Source: Microbotryum violaceum
Taxonomy: Eukaryota
DNA length: 64,000 nucleotides
Assembly (NCBI GenBank): GCA_001244265.2
Contig: CDLV01000005.1
Location: 434,001 to 498,000, forward strand
Direction: 5' to 3'
Shown here: piece after piece, positions 41,615 through 54,981 of the stretch
Position numbering within the stretch: position 1 is the stretch's first letter
Layout: each line of letters opens with the position of its first letter
Translations under genes and position numbers: made by a program
The notes under the pieces: generated by a model
Database searches by the model: none
Seen by the model: only the letters and a program-made list of their open reading frames with translations
What the model was told of the DNA's origin: nothing

Positions 41615-44600
41615 CATCCTACCCTCGAAATACAGCACCTCATCCACACAAGAGAACCCTGGCGACGAGTCGAGATTGCGCTTGACCAAGGGATCGGAGT
41701 CATAGCCCTCCACAAGGCGGCCCCGCAGCTGTGTGTCGACGTCCATCTCCGAAACCGCCTGTACGGAATCAGGCTCCCCCTGCGGGAAAGAGTACCGGCT
41801 CATCGCGTCTGCCACGGTGTTCTCGCCTCCCGGAATGTAGGTGATGTCGAAATCGTAGTCGGCTAGACGTTCGACCCAGCGGGCCTGACGCTTTGATAGA
41901 TTTTCCTGCGTCTTGAGGTACTTCAGCGATTCATGGTCAGAAAGGACATGGAAGTGGACACCCATCAAGTTGACTCGCCACTGACGCAGGGCGTCCACGA
42001 CCGCCAAAAGCTCCTGTTCATGGGTCGGGTAGTTGACCTCCGCACTGATGTACTGACGAGACCAATACGCCACCGGGTGTGCCTTGCGCCAATCCTGCCC
42101 CTGAAGCAACACGGCGCCTATCCCAACGTTACTTGCGTCCGTCATAACCCAGAGGGGATCAGCGGAATCCGTGTGGTCGATCGGCTTGAGACATGGCAGC
42201 GAGGTGACGATGGCCTTTATGGCGTTGAAGTGTCGCTCTTGCTCGGCACCCCACATGAGTCGGACATTGGCGTTCTTCGACGTTAAATCCGCCAGAGGTT
42301 TGGTATGTTGGGCCAGACCATTGATGAACTTGCGCAAGTATTGAACGAGGCCCAGAAACCCCCGAAGCTCTGTGACAGTCCGCGGACGCGGCCACCCCAC
42401 GATTCGCTCCACCTTCGACTGATCTGCCGCAATCCCGTTTCGCGAAATGACATGCCCCAAAAAGTCGCAAGACGTTCGAAAAAGTTCGGTCCTCTTTGGC
42501 GAACAATACAGATCGGCCCGCCGCAGCACCTCGAGTACCTCCTTGACGTGGGTTTGATGATCCTCCATGGTATCCGAGAAGATAGTGATGTCGTCAAGGT
42601 AGGCGAAGCAGCTCTTGCCGATGAGACTAGACAGGGCCTGGTTGACCCGGCGTTGATGCGTTGCCGGCGCGTTCGACAGGCCCATCGGCATGACGACCCA
42701 CTCAAAGAGCCCCCAGGGGTTTGCCACCGCGGTCTTTGGTATGTCCTCCTCGGCCATCTTTGTCTGGAAAAAGCTGTTTGTCATATCGATCTTGGACCAG
42801 AAGCGCGCCCGAGCTGCGACGGCCAAAATCTCGTCCGGCAGGGGAAGCGGTGTGCGATCTGGTACCGTCGCTGCATTGAGGATCCGATAGTCATTGACCC
42901 AATGCGGCATAATCGACGGGTCGGTGTCCATACCCTTCTTGGGAATGATGAAGGCCGGCGAGGAGTATTCCGACGATGATGGGTGAAGACGACCGGCCGC
43001 GAGGTGTTCATCCAGTAAGCGTCGCCACGCCGCACGCCAGCGCATCGGAGTGCCGTAGGTTGGTTGCCGCGGAGTCTTCATACCAGGTTTCAGCGCGATA
43101 CGATGGCGGACCTTTGACTCGTACTGTGAGACCGGCGGGATGTCTGCCGGAAATCGGTCCGAGAACTCCTTGCGAAATGCGACTTCAAGTGCTCGCAATT
43201 GCGACTCTTCCGCTTGCCGCTCTTCAAGATGAGCGAGACAGGCCCGAATGCTCGCCTGAACCGCACTCTCTGACCATTTCCCCTTTTCCCCCCGGTGCAT
43301 CAGATCGATACGCTTGCCGGGTAGGGTTGGATCGGGGGCCAGCACTCGACGCCTTTTGCAGTCGACCAGGATATTGTGTCGCTTTAAGAACGGTTGCCCC
43401 AACACCACTTTCAACGGCGTCAATGGCGCAATCTTCAGAACGACGTCACGGTGCTGGGTAGACCATTGGCCGTTCAGGGTACAAAGTGGCACACACACAA
43501 ATTCAGTGCCGGGATGCGAGACCCTGTGACTTTGGATTGCAACACTAACAGATGTGGGTACCTGAAGCTTCCTCTGTGACAACCGTAGTTTCTCCACTTC
43601 CCTATCTGCGATGAAGGAAGCGGAAGCACCCGTGTCAACTAGAGCTCGCAAGGCAGGTCCATCCTCTGTTGTGAGCTTCACAGAAAGGGAAATGGGTTCA
43701 CACCTCTCGTCATCCGTGCCATTGTCGTATTCGTCATCGCACAGGCAGTGTAGCTCTTCACCCTTGTCGTCAATTTCGTCTACGGCGTCGGATAGGGATG
43801 CAACTTGTTCTGGGGATACGGGACCTTGTCGCCAACCCGCTGGGACTTTACAAGCCGAAGTTGCCCAGGTAGTGCACGTGTCCTTGAAGTGGCCAGCATT
43901 GATCTTGCGACATTTGAAGCAGCCCTGATTGCTCCTGAGGAAAGCACGCCTACGGTCGGTCATCGGCGGCGCTCTGGTTTGGGAAGACAACGGCGGCAGC
44001 GTAGACGGCGAGGCGGTAGTGCGCAGCGTAGGCGTGGAGCGGACGGTTCTCGCTGAGGCTTGAGCTGTCGCCTTCACGGAGGCGCGGGTGGCACTGATGA
44101 CTTGCCAGAGTCGCCTAGCTTCTGCGTCGAACATCTGGTAATCGAAGACTGCGGAGCTGGTGGTCGAGTCGGCTTTGACTATGGAGGCGTCGAGTTCGTT
44201 GGGCGACAATCCCGTCCCCTTGATCACCTCCGAGAGTCGGAGTCGCTGGGAGAGCTCCTCGTCCATGTGGAGCAGGAGCATGCGGACCAGTTGGGCGTCG
44301 CTGACAAGACTGACGCCCAGTTCCAGTTGCAGATCGTGAGCGGCCGTTGAAAATTCTCGGTAATCACCCGTCTGTCGCAAGTTGTCGAGGCGTCGATAGT
44401 GTTGCCACATGTAATCGCACGGCAACGCGCGAAGTGTCAAATCGCGTTGGAATACACCGTACTTCTTGTTGACATGTGACGCGGCATCACTGGAATACCA
44501 CACCTTCAGCTCTGGGTCGAGGAGCAGCTGGCCGATCATATCGATCTTGTCAACATCTGTCTCGATCTTCTCTTTTTTGAAGTATCGATCGTTGCGAGAC

Positions 44601-46081
44601 CAAAAGAGTCGAAGTCCCGATAAGGTGCGGTCGGTGCGGCAAAGGTAAGACGGGGCGTGCAATTTCCAGCGAGGGGGTGCGTCCTCGTGCGGTTCGCTCA
44701 TCCTGCGCGCGGCAGGACGGCGGCGGTCGTCGTCTGAGTCGCAGTCGGTCACGGTAACGGCAAAGGCGGGGTCGGAGGCTCCCGAGTGGATGCTCTCCGA
44801 GTCGTTTAACGGCAGAGGTATGAGCAGTGGATCGGGTATGGCGAAGGCTCTATCCAACCTGGCAGCGGCGCGAGCGACGGCGGGAATGCTGACGTGTCTT
44901 GATCGTTGTCAAAAAAAAATTGGAAGCACCGCGTGCAGCGGTGCTCCAGAACGATAGACAGGATCAAACAATAGTAATTCACTAGAACCTCGGGTCAGTG
45001 AGCTAGCATACTACACATATGAGAAAAGGGGCACCCACCTAGAACCTCGGGTCAGTGAGCTAGCGAAAGCCAAGGGAGGTTCTAGGCGCGCGCAAGCTAT
45101 TCAACTAAGCCAAAAGTTCTATCGCCTTCCATTGTACCTCGGGCAAAGGCCTCAGGCCTTGCACCAGCCTTCCGAGCGGCGGCGACTGACCCGTTTGCCA
45201 CTCTCGGACTTGTGCTACAGACATGGGAGAGGGAGTGATGGGTTGTGGGGCGTCTGTTGTGGATGTCAGGATGGAGGGGGTTCATTGCCGGTGAAGCTCA
45301 CAAGATGTCGAAGTATGGTGAGTCCGCTCGTGCGACGTTCACCTCTCGCTCGTCGGTCGGTCGCACAGGGGGGTTCACTCTCTCGGCCTCGGCCTCGGAC
45401 TCGGACTCGACCAGGCTCGCTCCATTATCATCCATCACCATGATTCATCGTGCTGACTCTTTGCATTACTCTGTTGCTTCTCATCAACCTTCTTTGAATA
45501 CTGGGTGGATCGTGCAGGAAATCTTTTACAGGAGTACTCTGACTCCTTGAGCTCGATGATCGCTCAAAGGTCTCTGTGAGGCTCGGCCGGGCGTTGACCA
45601 GGCATCGTATCCGACTTTGTGGTTTTTGTTTTGTTTTGTTTTGTCCAGACCTGGCGGAAGCAATAGGCGCGCGTTTGTTTTTGTCCATAGTTCTTTTTTG
45701 TCGTACAGTACCGGTGGGCCCCCGAGCAGCCTTCCGCACGGGTTTGTAAGTTTACCCCCTTCGCCGTCACATCAAGTGGGTTCGGTCGGTGGCTGGCGAT
45801 CTGGGGCTCTAGCGCTCCAGCTTCGGGGCTTTCAGACGAACTCGGCTTCGGATTGAGTCTAGTCGTCGGCGAGATTGATCTGTTCTTGGTTTTATGGCAC
45901 GTACGATCCTCCAACAGGTCACACGCCGCATTCCCTCTCCTCCCAGTCTATACTCAGCTACGGAGGCGACAAGGACGGTATAAGCTCCCTACGGTGTCAC
46001 GGGGACGAAGCGGCGTACCGCCTCCCTCCAGATCGAGTTCGGAGTCCGGACCCGAGGGGAGCAATCTGATCTCCATTGATC

Positions 46082-48567
46082 ATGTTCAGCGACAGCAACG
46101 CGAGGCGACGTTCGTCCGCGACGGCGAGGTTAGAAGTCGATGACCGAGTGCATTCCGTATCAAGAAGTTCCAGGATACCTTCAGGTGTCGCGTCCGGGCA
46201 TTCGCCCCGGTTGCCCTTCTCCGTGAACGACTACAAGTCGCCAAGTGTCTTTTCGAACGTGAATGAGGCGAGCGAACGAAATGGAGATCATCTTAAGGCC
46301 CACGTCGGGGCAGGAGGACGCGGTGGAGGAAGAAGCGTTCTTGGTGCTGTTGAACTTCCCCGGAAACGACGAGCGCTTACAGTTTTGGGAGGGCTGGCGG
46401 TGGGGTATCTTCTTCTCGCCGCCTCCAAGGGGACGAGCGATCTTCGCGACGAGGGGAGGATGACCACGACAATGGTCCCGACAGCGTTCCTGCCCATCAT
46501 CCGCGAGGGAGGGAACGTCATTCATCGTATCTCTCCAGCCGTCGGATCGCGCGTTAAAACATGGCACGACAATCAAATTGCCGCCATCGAAGCCCAAGGA
46601 GAAGCGAGCCGAAAGCTCTCCGAGGAAGAGCACAAGCTGCGGTCCCAACACACCTTCCATCCGAATGGTCTTCTGCTTGTCAACGAAAATGGACGCCATC
46701 CAATCTATGCGTTGATCGAAAGAGCCGAGCAACGATGGAGTGACAAACTTGCCAAGCAGAGTCGCACGTTGAGCGAAGCCGTGCACGAGTACAAGAATCG
46801 GTATCGGCGCAACCCACCCAAAGGGTTCGATGACTGGTAAGGCGGTATAGCCTCGGTTTTGATTCACCACTGTGATATAGTGCTGACCTATACTTGACTG
46901 TGATAGGTGGAAGTTTTGCGAGGAGAATGACGTGCAATTGCGTGACGAGTACGACCAGATCGACAAAGATTTGCTCCCCCATCGAGCTCTGTGAGTGGGC
47001 CCTATCGCATGCAATTTGCAATACTTCCACCTACCCAGACTGACCACTGAAGCACGTATCATTTTAACAGAGAGCCGAGCGACAGTCGTCACCGCAATGG
47101 CGTGATGCAAGAACGAGGACACACATTCACAATGGTTCTCGAGCCCGGTCGCAAGATGGCGGGCATCAAAGGAGAATACGCCGACACGAGAAGAGCTCGA
47201 GAAATTCAAGGCTTGCTCAGCCTCTTTGCCGATCGCGTTTCACGAAATCTCAACTTGACGTACATCATCGACGACAACCCCGCGGTTTTGCTGCCGTACA
47301 GCGAGCGCTCTCGCATGGTCGAACTGGCCGAGCAAGGCGAATGTGAGCATCTGCTCAACGGGTCAATGAGAGCCTCTGAACCCAATTACTGAACGCGTTT
47401 CCCTCTCGGAAATAGACTGGGGTCCTTCCGAGTTCGTCTCTACCGACGATTCCCACCTCTCCAACTTCGCCCAAGCCTGCGCGCCTGACTCTCCCCTCCG
47501 CCGCTCCGAGCGTGGCGAACCCTACCACGACTATTCCTCCGACACGCGTAAGACCTTCGTCTGGGACCATCCCAAATCCGTCGACCTCTGCATCCACCCC
47601 GAAGGCCGCAAAGCCCATGGTCATCTGATGCAACAGGGTGTTCCACCGGGTCCGCTGGTGCCATTGTTGACCTTCGCCAAGACGAGTATGCAGGCGGATA
47701 TCTTGGTGACGCCGATGGAACAATGGGCTGAGAACTACAAGGAATATGAACCGCCTTGGGAAGGGAAGAGCGAGAACAAGCTGCTTTGGCGAGGTGAGCT
47801 ATTCGTGATCGAAGCTTTGTCTCGTCGGCTTGTCACTAACCGAGCTTTCTAACGATTCCCACCGCACAGGCTCAACGACAGGAGCCGAATTCGACCGGCA
47901 CACTCCGTGGCGCAATTCGCAACGTGCTCGCCTACACATGATGAGCCAATACATGGACGGTAGTAAAGAAGTCCTCTGGGCTACCGACGACAAGATGCAT
48001 CGTGGCAATTTCACGATCGAGGATATGAACCATCTCTACATGGACACGTTCTTCTCCGGTCAACCGGCGCAATGCGATCCCGAGACTTGTGAATGGCTGA
48101 GGAAGAATTTCCACTTCAAGCCTACTATCGGGATCGAGGAATCAAATACGTACAAGTACTTGATGGACGTCGATGGTAACGGTTGGTCAGGAAGGTTTCA
48201 TCGTCTCATGTCGACGCGTTCGGTCGTTCTGAAAGCGACGGCCTTCCCCGAATGGTACCACGAACGTATCGAGCCGTGGGTCCACTACGTTCCGGTCAAA
48301 CTCGACTACTCAGACCTCTACGACACCATGACTTTCTTTGTCGGTACACCTCAAGGTAAAGGTGCTCATGACGCCTTGGCGCAAAAGATTGGTGCGGCGG
48401 GTCAGAAATGGGCGGCTACGCATTGGAGGAAAGCGGATATGGCGGCGTACATGTATCGTCTTGTATTGGAGTATTCGAGGATCTTAGCCCTTGATTTGGA
48501 GGATTCGGTCGATTATGTCGAGGAGCCGACTTTTTTGGTCGAGCCGGACGAGCCGAGTTTGAGATAG
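46082..48567 (+). CDS. Glycosyltransferase family 90 (CAP10/Cxt1-like, putative xylosyltransferase)
   Basis: HPI..LI..AE..W, YRRNPPKGFDDW, KLLWRG, YKYLMDVDGNGWSGRF, EWYHERIEPWVHYVPV motifs; N-terminal TM. Confidence 0.9.
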
Positions 48568-48843
48568 GCGCTAGGATCAAGTTTCGTTTCATTCCTCTCC
48601 GTTCCTACGTCGACAGCATAGGTGGCTCTCTCTTTCTCTCTCCTACTCTTTCATAGGTATTAGATTTATTAGCATCATTTCCTCACGACACCCACACGCT
48701 TTCCACCACGCAATATAAATCAACACAGCGTTTTGCATTTCAACTTCAATTTCACCCTCAACTTTAAGAAAGAAGCAACTTCCACAGAGTAGTAGTGGTA
48801 CACGACGTCTCGGGAACTGGATCCGAGTTGTTGTTGTTTGGTC

Positions 48844-51800
48844 TCAAGAGATGATACAATCGTCTGCGAGCTTGAGCCCAAAGAGTTGTTTCTCGACCTG
48901 GCTTTCGATCTGCCTCCAATCCGCGCGGCGTTGGACTATACCACGTCGAGAAGGACTCCATCAGTTATGACAATCTCATCATCCGACGAAAAAAAGGGGG
49001 GCAGCAAAGAACCAACTGACCAATCTCATACAAATCATCCGCGCTCAAGGTCCCTTCATACCTACTCACATCCCTCACTAAAGCGCCCAACTCCTTCGGT
49101 GAATCGACAATGAACAACTCGCCTACCATCTTCAACGAGGCGAAGTAGGCCGTTACGGTAGGTTGACGGAGGGACTGTACGAAGGAGTGGAATGCGTTGA
49201 GGTCCGCGATGAGGGTGAAACCACCGTCGATGGAGACGGTGCAGCGTTTAAGGTGTTTGAGGAGGATGCTGTGGAGTGAAAGAGGGGGGTCAGGGATAAG
49301 TTTTTATCAAGTCCAAGTTTCAGGCCAAAGGATGAAATCCTCACCCATGCAGCCTAATGCCGACTTCTTGATGAAATACCTCCAGAATTTGCTTATCCGT
49401 TGACCCCCTCAACATATCGCAATGCGTCGTCAACGTCTCAATCGCGTTCGCGCACGCCCGGGTCGAGTTCAATTCCATCTCGGCTTGACCGGGCGGACAA
49501 TAATCGGAACGGGATTGTTGCGTCGTGATGATGTGTTCGACTTGGTGCATGAGGATGTTGACGCCGGCGTTCAGGCCTTGGGCTACGGCGTCGTCGAGCG
49601 AGGATTCAAATTTCTTTTTTTCGCGGATGACGACGTTGAGGAAATCTCTTCGGTCGATGTAGGCCACCTTGTTGTGTTTAAAAGCCAGCTTCAGCAAATC
49701 GGCGCACCATGAAGAGAAACTTCACGCCACACCCACGCGAAAGGGACTGACCATCTCCTTCTCGAAATACACCTCGACCATCTGCTGTATGGTATCCCCA
49801 ATATGCACCAACTCGAAAAACTGCACCAAAGGAGCCACACTACCCTCGCCCTCATGATCTTGTGCCCTATACAAGCCCATCGATTTCGTCGCTTGTCGAA
49901 AGGCAGGAACGACGTGTTTCTCTCCTAGTGTTTGGAGAAGGACTATGAAGACTTCTTCGATGGCGTCGCGGACTTTACGACCGTAGATACCGGGGTATTT
50001 GGCGAAGGTTTGGATGCGCTTCAGGCAGTCCCGATCGGCTTGGATCAGTTGGAGGGCTGTGTCGAGAGACAGAAGGAGTTGCATTCGGTCGTAGCGGGAG
50101 GAGGAAGGGTCGGTTGTGGAGCGCGAATGGGGGAGCGTCGTCGTTGAGGAGCGGCGAGAGTCCGGGCCTAGGGAGCCGTTGTGGTCAAAGGAAGGTTTGA
50201 GAGAAGGGTTGGACGAAGGCGAGGTCGAATTCGGGTCGTCGCCACCCCATGCCGAAGTGGTCGACTCGAGTGCTGCAGTGGTGTTGGACAAAGGAGGGGG
50301 TACAACGACATTCGGATCATCCATAAGCACAGGCGTAGCGGAAGTCACCGCAAAGCTCGAAGCACTCGGCGTCCGCGTCCCCGATTTATGCCCGCCCGAC
50401 ACAGACCCCAATTGACTGCCCAGATTGGCAAAAGTGTTGAACGCGCCCGTCGCACCGATCGTGATGGCTTGAAGACCGTATTCGGCCGTTTTAGGAATGA
50501 TGGTCACGGGGAGCAGAAGCACCTTGGCGAATCCAGCGAGCACGTTCTTCTTGACTTGAGCTGGGTTCGCCGAAGCGAGGAAAGTCGGATCCGAGATAGC
50601 GAGACTGGATGCGGTCTGTGGGAATAACACGACAACCTCAAGGTCAGTCTACCTCCCAGACCGATGAAACGTCACGTTAGACGCACCTTGGCATCCCATT
50701 CTGAACAGATCCCTTCCAACACCTCCCTGATCCATTCCCCTTCCTCCGTGAGATAATCGTCCATTAGCGGTTCAAACATTTTGAAAATGACGTCCTCGGC
50801 CCTCGATCTCGTCACGAGGGGACTCTTGGGTTCGATCGAGAGTGTCATTTCGACGAGGCGGTAGACTTGGCCGAAGGTTGCGGCTGTTGCGAGGAGGAAG
50901 AGAGGGTGGGGTAGGTCTTGAGCGGATGATAGTAATGTGGTGATGTAGTCCGAGATGACCTGAGAGCATGGGACCATCAGTGACCCAGCCGGGAAAGCGA
51001 TCTGAAGAGTGGGACGTACATCATTCGCTATCCTCTCGATGTAAAAGATGAGCACGTCAGCCTCGGGAGGGAAAGCGCGCGCGAGGAGACTACCGTCCCT
51101 CTGGACAGTCTTGAGCACGTAACGCATGTAGGTGTCCATCGCCGTAAAGTCGATCCCGTCACTGATGTGCCCTTCAGGACTGGTCAATTTGCTGTGGTGC
51201 GCGAACGGCCGTTGGTCAGCTTTCACTGTTAGTCATGCTCACGTCCGAATCCAGACTCACGTCAAATTTTTGAGCGGGTCATGCGACTGATCGTAAAAAA
51301 TCTCCCTCTTTTGCATAAAGACCTGAATCACGCTCGGGCTCTGATTGAGTTCCCAGAGCACATAGGCCTTCTCCTTCATCGCCTGTTCGTCGCCTTTCGT
51401 ATCTGCCCTCTCGAATTCGGCCAAGAGAGCCGATTCAAAGAAATCCATCGCGGACTGGGTGTTGCGTAAGACGGTCATGCGTTGAGGGACGGAGCGCGTA
51501 GGCGCGACGAGGGGTTGGCAGAAGCGTACGAGGGAGGCGAGTATGCGCGCGCGCCACATGGGTTGGAGGTTGGAGGTGAAGACGAGCGAAGAGGTCGTAT
51601 GGGTCAACAGGGACGTGTAGTACGGGAGCAGGAGCGAGTAGTGCGTCTTGAAGACGTGGTAGAGGTCGAGGGTTCCGCCTGTGGTTGTGGATGGGATGGA
51701 GAGCGGTCGGTTCCGAGAGGAGGAGGAGGTGGGGGTGGCCGAGGGGGCAGCGGGTGGAACGAGGGCGCGGTCTTGGTCGTCGTCGTCGAAAATGAGCATG

Positions 51801-52572
51801 AGATCAGCCGCGTCGGTTGTTTTGGGGAGGGTGTTGGAGGGCGCGTTGAGGTTGACGTGGGCAAAGTCGTCGGTGGCGAGATTGAAGGGATCGTCGAGCT
51901 GGTCGGCATTCTGAAAGTCGCCAAAGCCATCGTCCGCGGCGGTGGCCGGTGCAGTGAGGGTCGATGATTCGGTGGTCGGGACGGATGGTTGCTTGCCTCG
52001 GAAGAAATCGCCAAAGTCGTCGTCGTCGTCGTCGTCGTCGTTGTCTTGGTCGTCGTTGTCTTGGTCGTCGTTGTCTTGGTCGTCGTTGTCTTGGTCGTGG
52101 TGGTGCTGCTCCTTGCTGGGCTGCTTGTCTTTGTCTTTGTCGTCATCGCGGTAAGGCTCCTGCGGTGGTCGCTGCTTATCGTTGTCCCCATTCGGAGCGG
52201 AAGGCGGCTGCAGATCATTGTGTGATTCGGTTCCCCGCTTCTGGTTGGCATACTGGATCTGGCCCGGTCCTTTATAGTTCAAGCAGTCCAATTTGACGAC
52301 CCACACCCGATCATCCTTCGCCAACTTTGCCAAGCTCCTACACGTGCTGGCACAGGAAGCCAGGTCGGCCAAAGCCAAGTGAGGCAGTATCGAGAGGTAG
52401 GCTTCTTCGGGGAGTCGACCCAGCAGTTTGACCTTGGGACGATGCGTGTGGGACGCGCCGTTGAAGCTCGTTGGGGCGGGGGTCCGATCGGGGAGGAGCG
52501 CGGTCCATCGTTCTGCGAGGGAGAGCATCAGAACGGGTTCGCAGAGTAGGACTGGACGAGTAACTGACCCAT
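48844..52572 (-). CDS. RCY1: F-box/Sec10-domain recyclin
   Basis: F-box (GRLPEEAYLSILPHL...), Sec10-like helical region (LQLIQADR.CLKR, FFELVHIGDTIQQMV.VYF) and terminal QRRADW...DDCIIS CAAX box. Confidence 0.88.
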
Positions 52573-52735
52573 GACTTGGTTTTACACCCCCTACCCACAC
52601 CTGGACGATGTCGGGAAGCGGTGGTGGAGCACACAAACCCAGCGGGAGAGCACCGAGCAGCTGTCCGACGTGGAGATGAGGGAGCGCCGAGTCGGGGCTA
52701 TTAGTCCTTACTGGGGCTCATTAGTCCATATTAGC

Positions 52736-52784
52736 CGGGGTGAGTCGGGGTGAGTCGGGGTGAGTCGGGGTGAGTCGGGGTGAG
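52736..52784. repeat. Tandem repeat (CGGGGTGAGT)x4.9 in the RCY1/SPO7 divergent intergenic region
   Basis: Directly visible 10-bp units with five GGGG runs. Confidence 0.95.
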
Positions 52785-52988
52785 CCTAATACTATTAGCG
52801 CGCGGCGTCGAACTCGCCGAGAGCCAAATGGGGTGCCTGGCCTTGAATTGGTGATTAGTATCCGCGCTCTGATCCCCCACAAATAAATAAAAAGAAGACG
52901 GCTTACTAGCCTGCTCTCACTTGTCGACCGTGCTCGGACTCGATCCGACCCGACCCCCCGATCCTCGATCCTGACGAAGCGAGACGAG

Positions 52989-54749
52989 ATGACCGCCCTT
53001 GTACCAGGCGGTCGTCCTCCTTCCTCTCACCACCACCACCAACACTCGGCCAGCAGCAGCTCGACTTGGAATCGGAGGGAGAGGGACGTGTGGTCCCCCG
53101 CGCCGACGAGGGAGACCTTCAAGGACGTGCTCATATTCGAGGAGAGGCTCAAGCAGAATGCAGAACGGTGCGTGGTCCGTCTACTGGCGAGCTGCAGCTG
53201 CAGGTCTGAGCTGACCGCAGGCTGACGTCGCACAGACTACAAAAGCAACGCCGCAAGTACCAAGGTCGGTCACGGTCGTCTGCGCACCTTCACAAGCTTG
53301 GTCGGACTCGGACTGCAACACTCAATCACTCCGTTGACCCTATCCCCCACAGCCTTCCTTATCTCATTGGCTCTCTTGATCGTCCACTTTGCCTACAACG
53401 TATTCGTGCGGCCCTCGATCGTACGTGGTCCCTTCGTCTCGGCCCGTAGACGTCAGCTGACCTCTCGTTAATCTCCCTCACCGTCGACAGTACTCGCTCG
53501 TACACTACCTGAACGTCGCACTCCTCCTCGTCTCCCTCGTCACCCTGGTCCTATTCTTTGCCACGGGCATGTATTCTGAAAAGATCGCCTACGCATATCG
53601 GCACGTACTCTGCTCCAGGCCCAGCCCACCGCTGCCCCTCCATTCCTCCTGACTTACCGTACCCTCCCCCACAGCTTCGTCCCGCAAGCGAACCGAGCCC
53701 TGCGACCTCTCAACATCTACCTCAACACGCGCAAGCGATCGTGGATCTCGTACCTCTCCCTCTTTCGCATCGCCGCGTCCCCACCCGTGGCCCAACCCCG
53801 TTCCGTAGCTGCCACGCCCAAATCGTCCCCTTCCCCTTCCCCTTCCCCTTCCCCTTCCCCTTCCCCTTCGACGTCCCCTTGGTCCAGGTCGCCCGTGACA
53901 TCGGATAATGAGTCCTCTCCTCCCAACCCTTCGAACAAAACATCCAGAGGCGGGTCAAGAGGGACCTCGATCGGGTCCACTTCAAGCGCAGCGACGATCC
54001 GCTCTACAAGACCTAATCGTTCCCCACCCGGTTCCCGATCGTCTTCACCCCCCACTCCCACCAGCTCATCCTCTTCCTCTTCCTCATCCTCGGATCCCGT
54101 CAGCCGCACCCTACCTTCAACATCCCTCAAAAGATCTTCCTCGGGCCGTTCCCCCTCCATAGGCATACCTCTGCCCCCTATCCCACCCGCACAGAACCCA
54201 AGGGGGGAATTGATCTTCTCCTCGAGGGTCTCGCCCGTCTTTAGGGAAGGGTACGAGAGGTACCGCCACGAATGGGAGAGGCGTAGGGTCGAGGCGCAGG
54301 GTTTGACCGGCGGTGCAAGTGGGAATCGGTGGTGGGGGTCGTGGGAATGGCTTGGGAGTGGGGTGGGGCGGGGGCAGAAGGAACGCGGGGGTTCCCGCGG
54401 ACAGGGTGGGGTGGAGGGGGGAAGGGAAAGGACGGGGAGTATACTCGGTGGTGCTGCTCCGGCAAGTGGTGGGGAGAAGGAACCGAGAGGAAGGAGGAAG
54501 AGGACCTTGACCGGATCGTCGTCGACGACGAGTTCGAGGCAGGTTAGTCCTTCCAGAGTTGATGGGATGGGAAAGGGCGGGGTGGTGAATATCGAAGCTA
54601 TTGTTGATAGGGGGATAGAAGAGGGTGAGGAGGGAGTACACGGGGAGGACGGAAGGGTGAGGCCCAGAGCAAATTCAGATCCGGACAGAATTGGGCCAGG
54701 GGTTGTACTTGAAGACACGAAGGAGGACGAGCCGGCTTTGAAAAGCTGA
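52989..54749 (+). CDS. SPO7: Spo7-like regulatory subunit of the Nem1-Spo7 phosphatase
   Basis: FKDVLIFEERLKQN...RRKYQAFL, two TM segments, LFFATGMY, ANRALRPLNIYL, RGELIFSSRV...FREGYERYR. Confidence 0.82.
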
Positions 54750-54981
54750 TCCCCCGGCTTATACCCTTGAAGTGCTCGTTGCAATTCCTCCCTTCTCTGC
54801 GAGAGCCCGTGAGCCTGAGTGTGCGAAGAAAGAAAAAAGACGTATTCTTCTTTGCAAAAAGGACAACCTCTCATCACCACCACCATCACTTCCACCCTAA
54901 AACAATCGCCTCCCACGCCTCAAAAGGGGTCCGCATCCTCCCCTCCAGTTTTTGAACATCCACGCTCAAAAGAGACACACC

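Noticed and set aside
52015..52100. (GTC)n and 15-bp repeats
   Set aside because: Ordinary coding repeats (poly-Asp, DQDND) inside RCY1.
53717..54916. 399-aa antisense ORF and (CCCTTC)n
   Set aside because: Shadow of the low-complexity SPO7 exon; the repeat encodes Ser-Pro.
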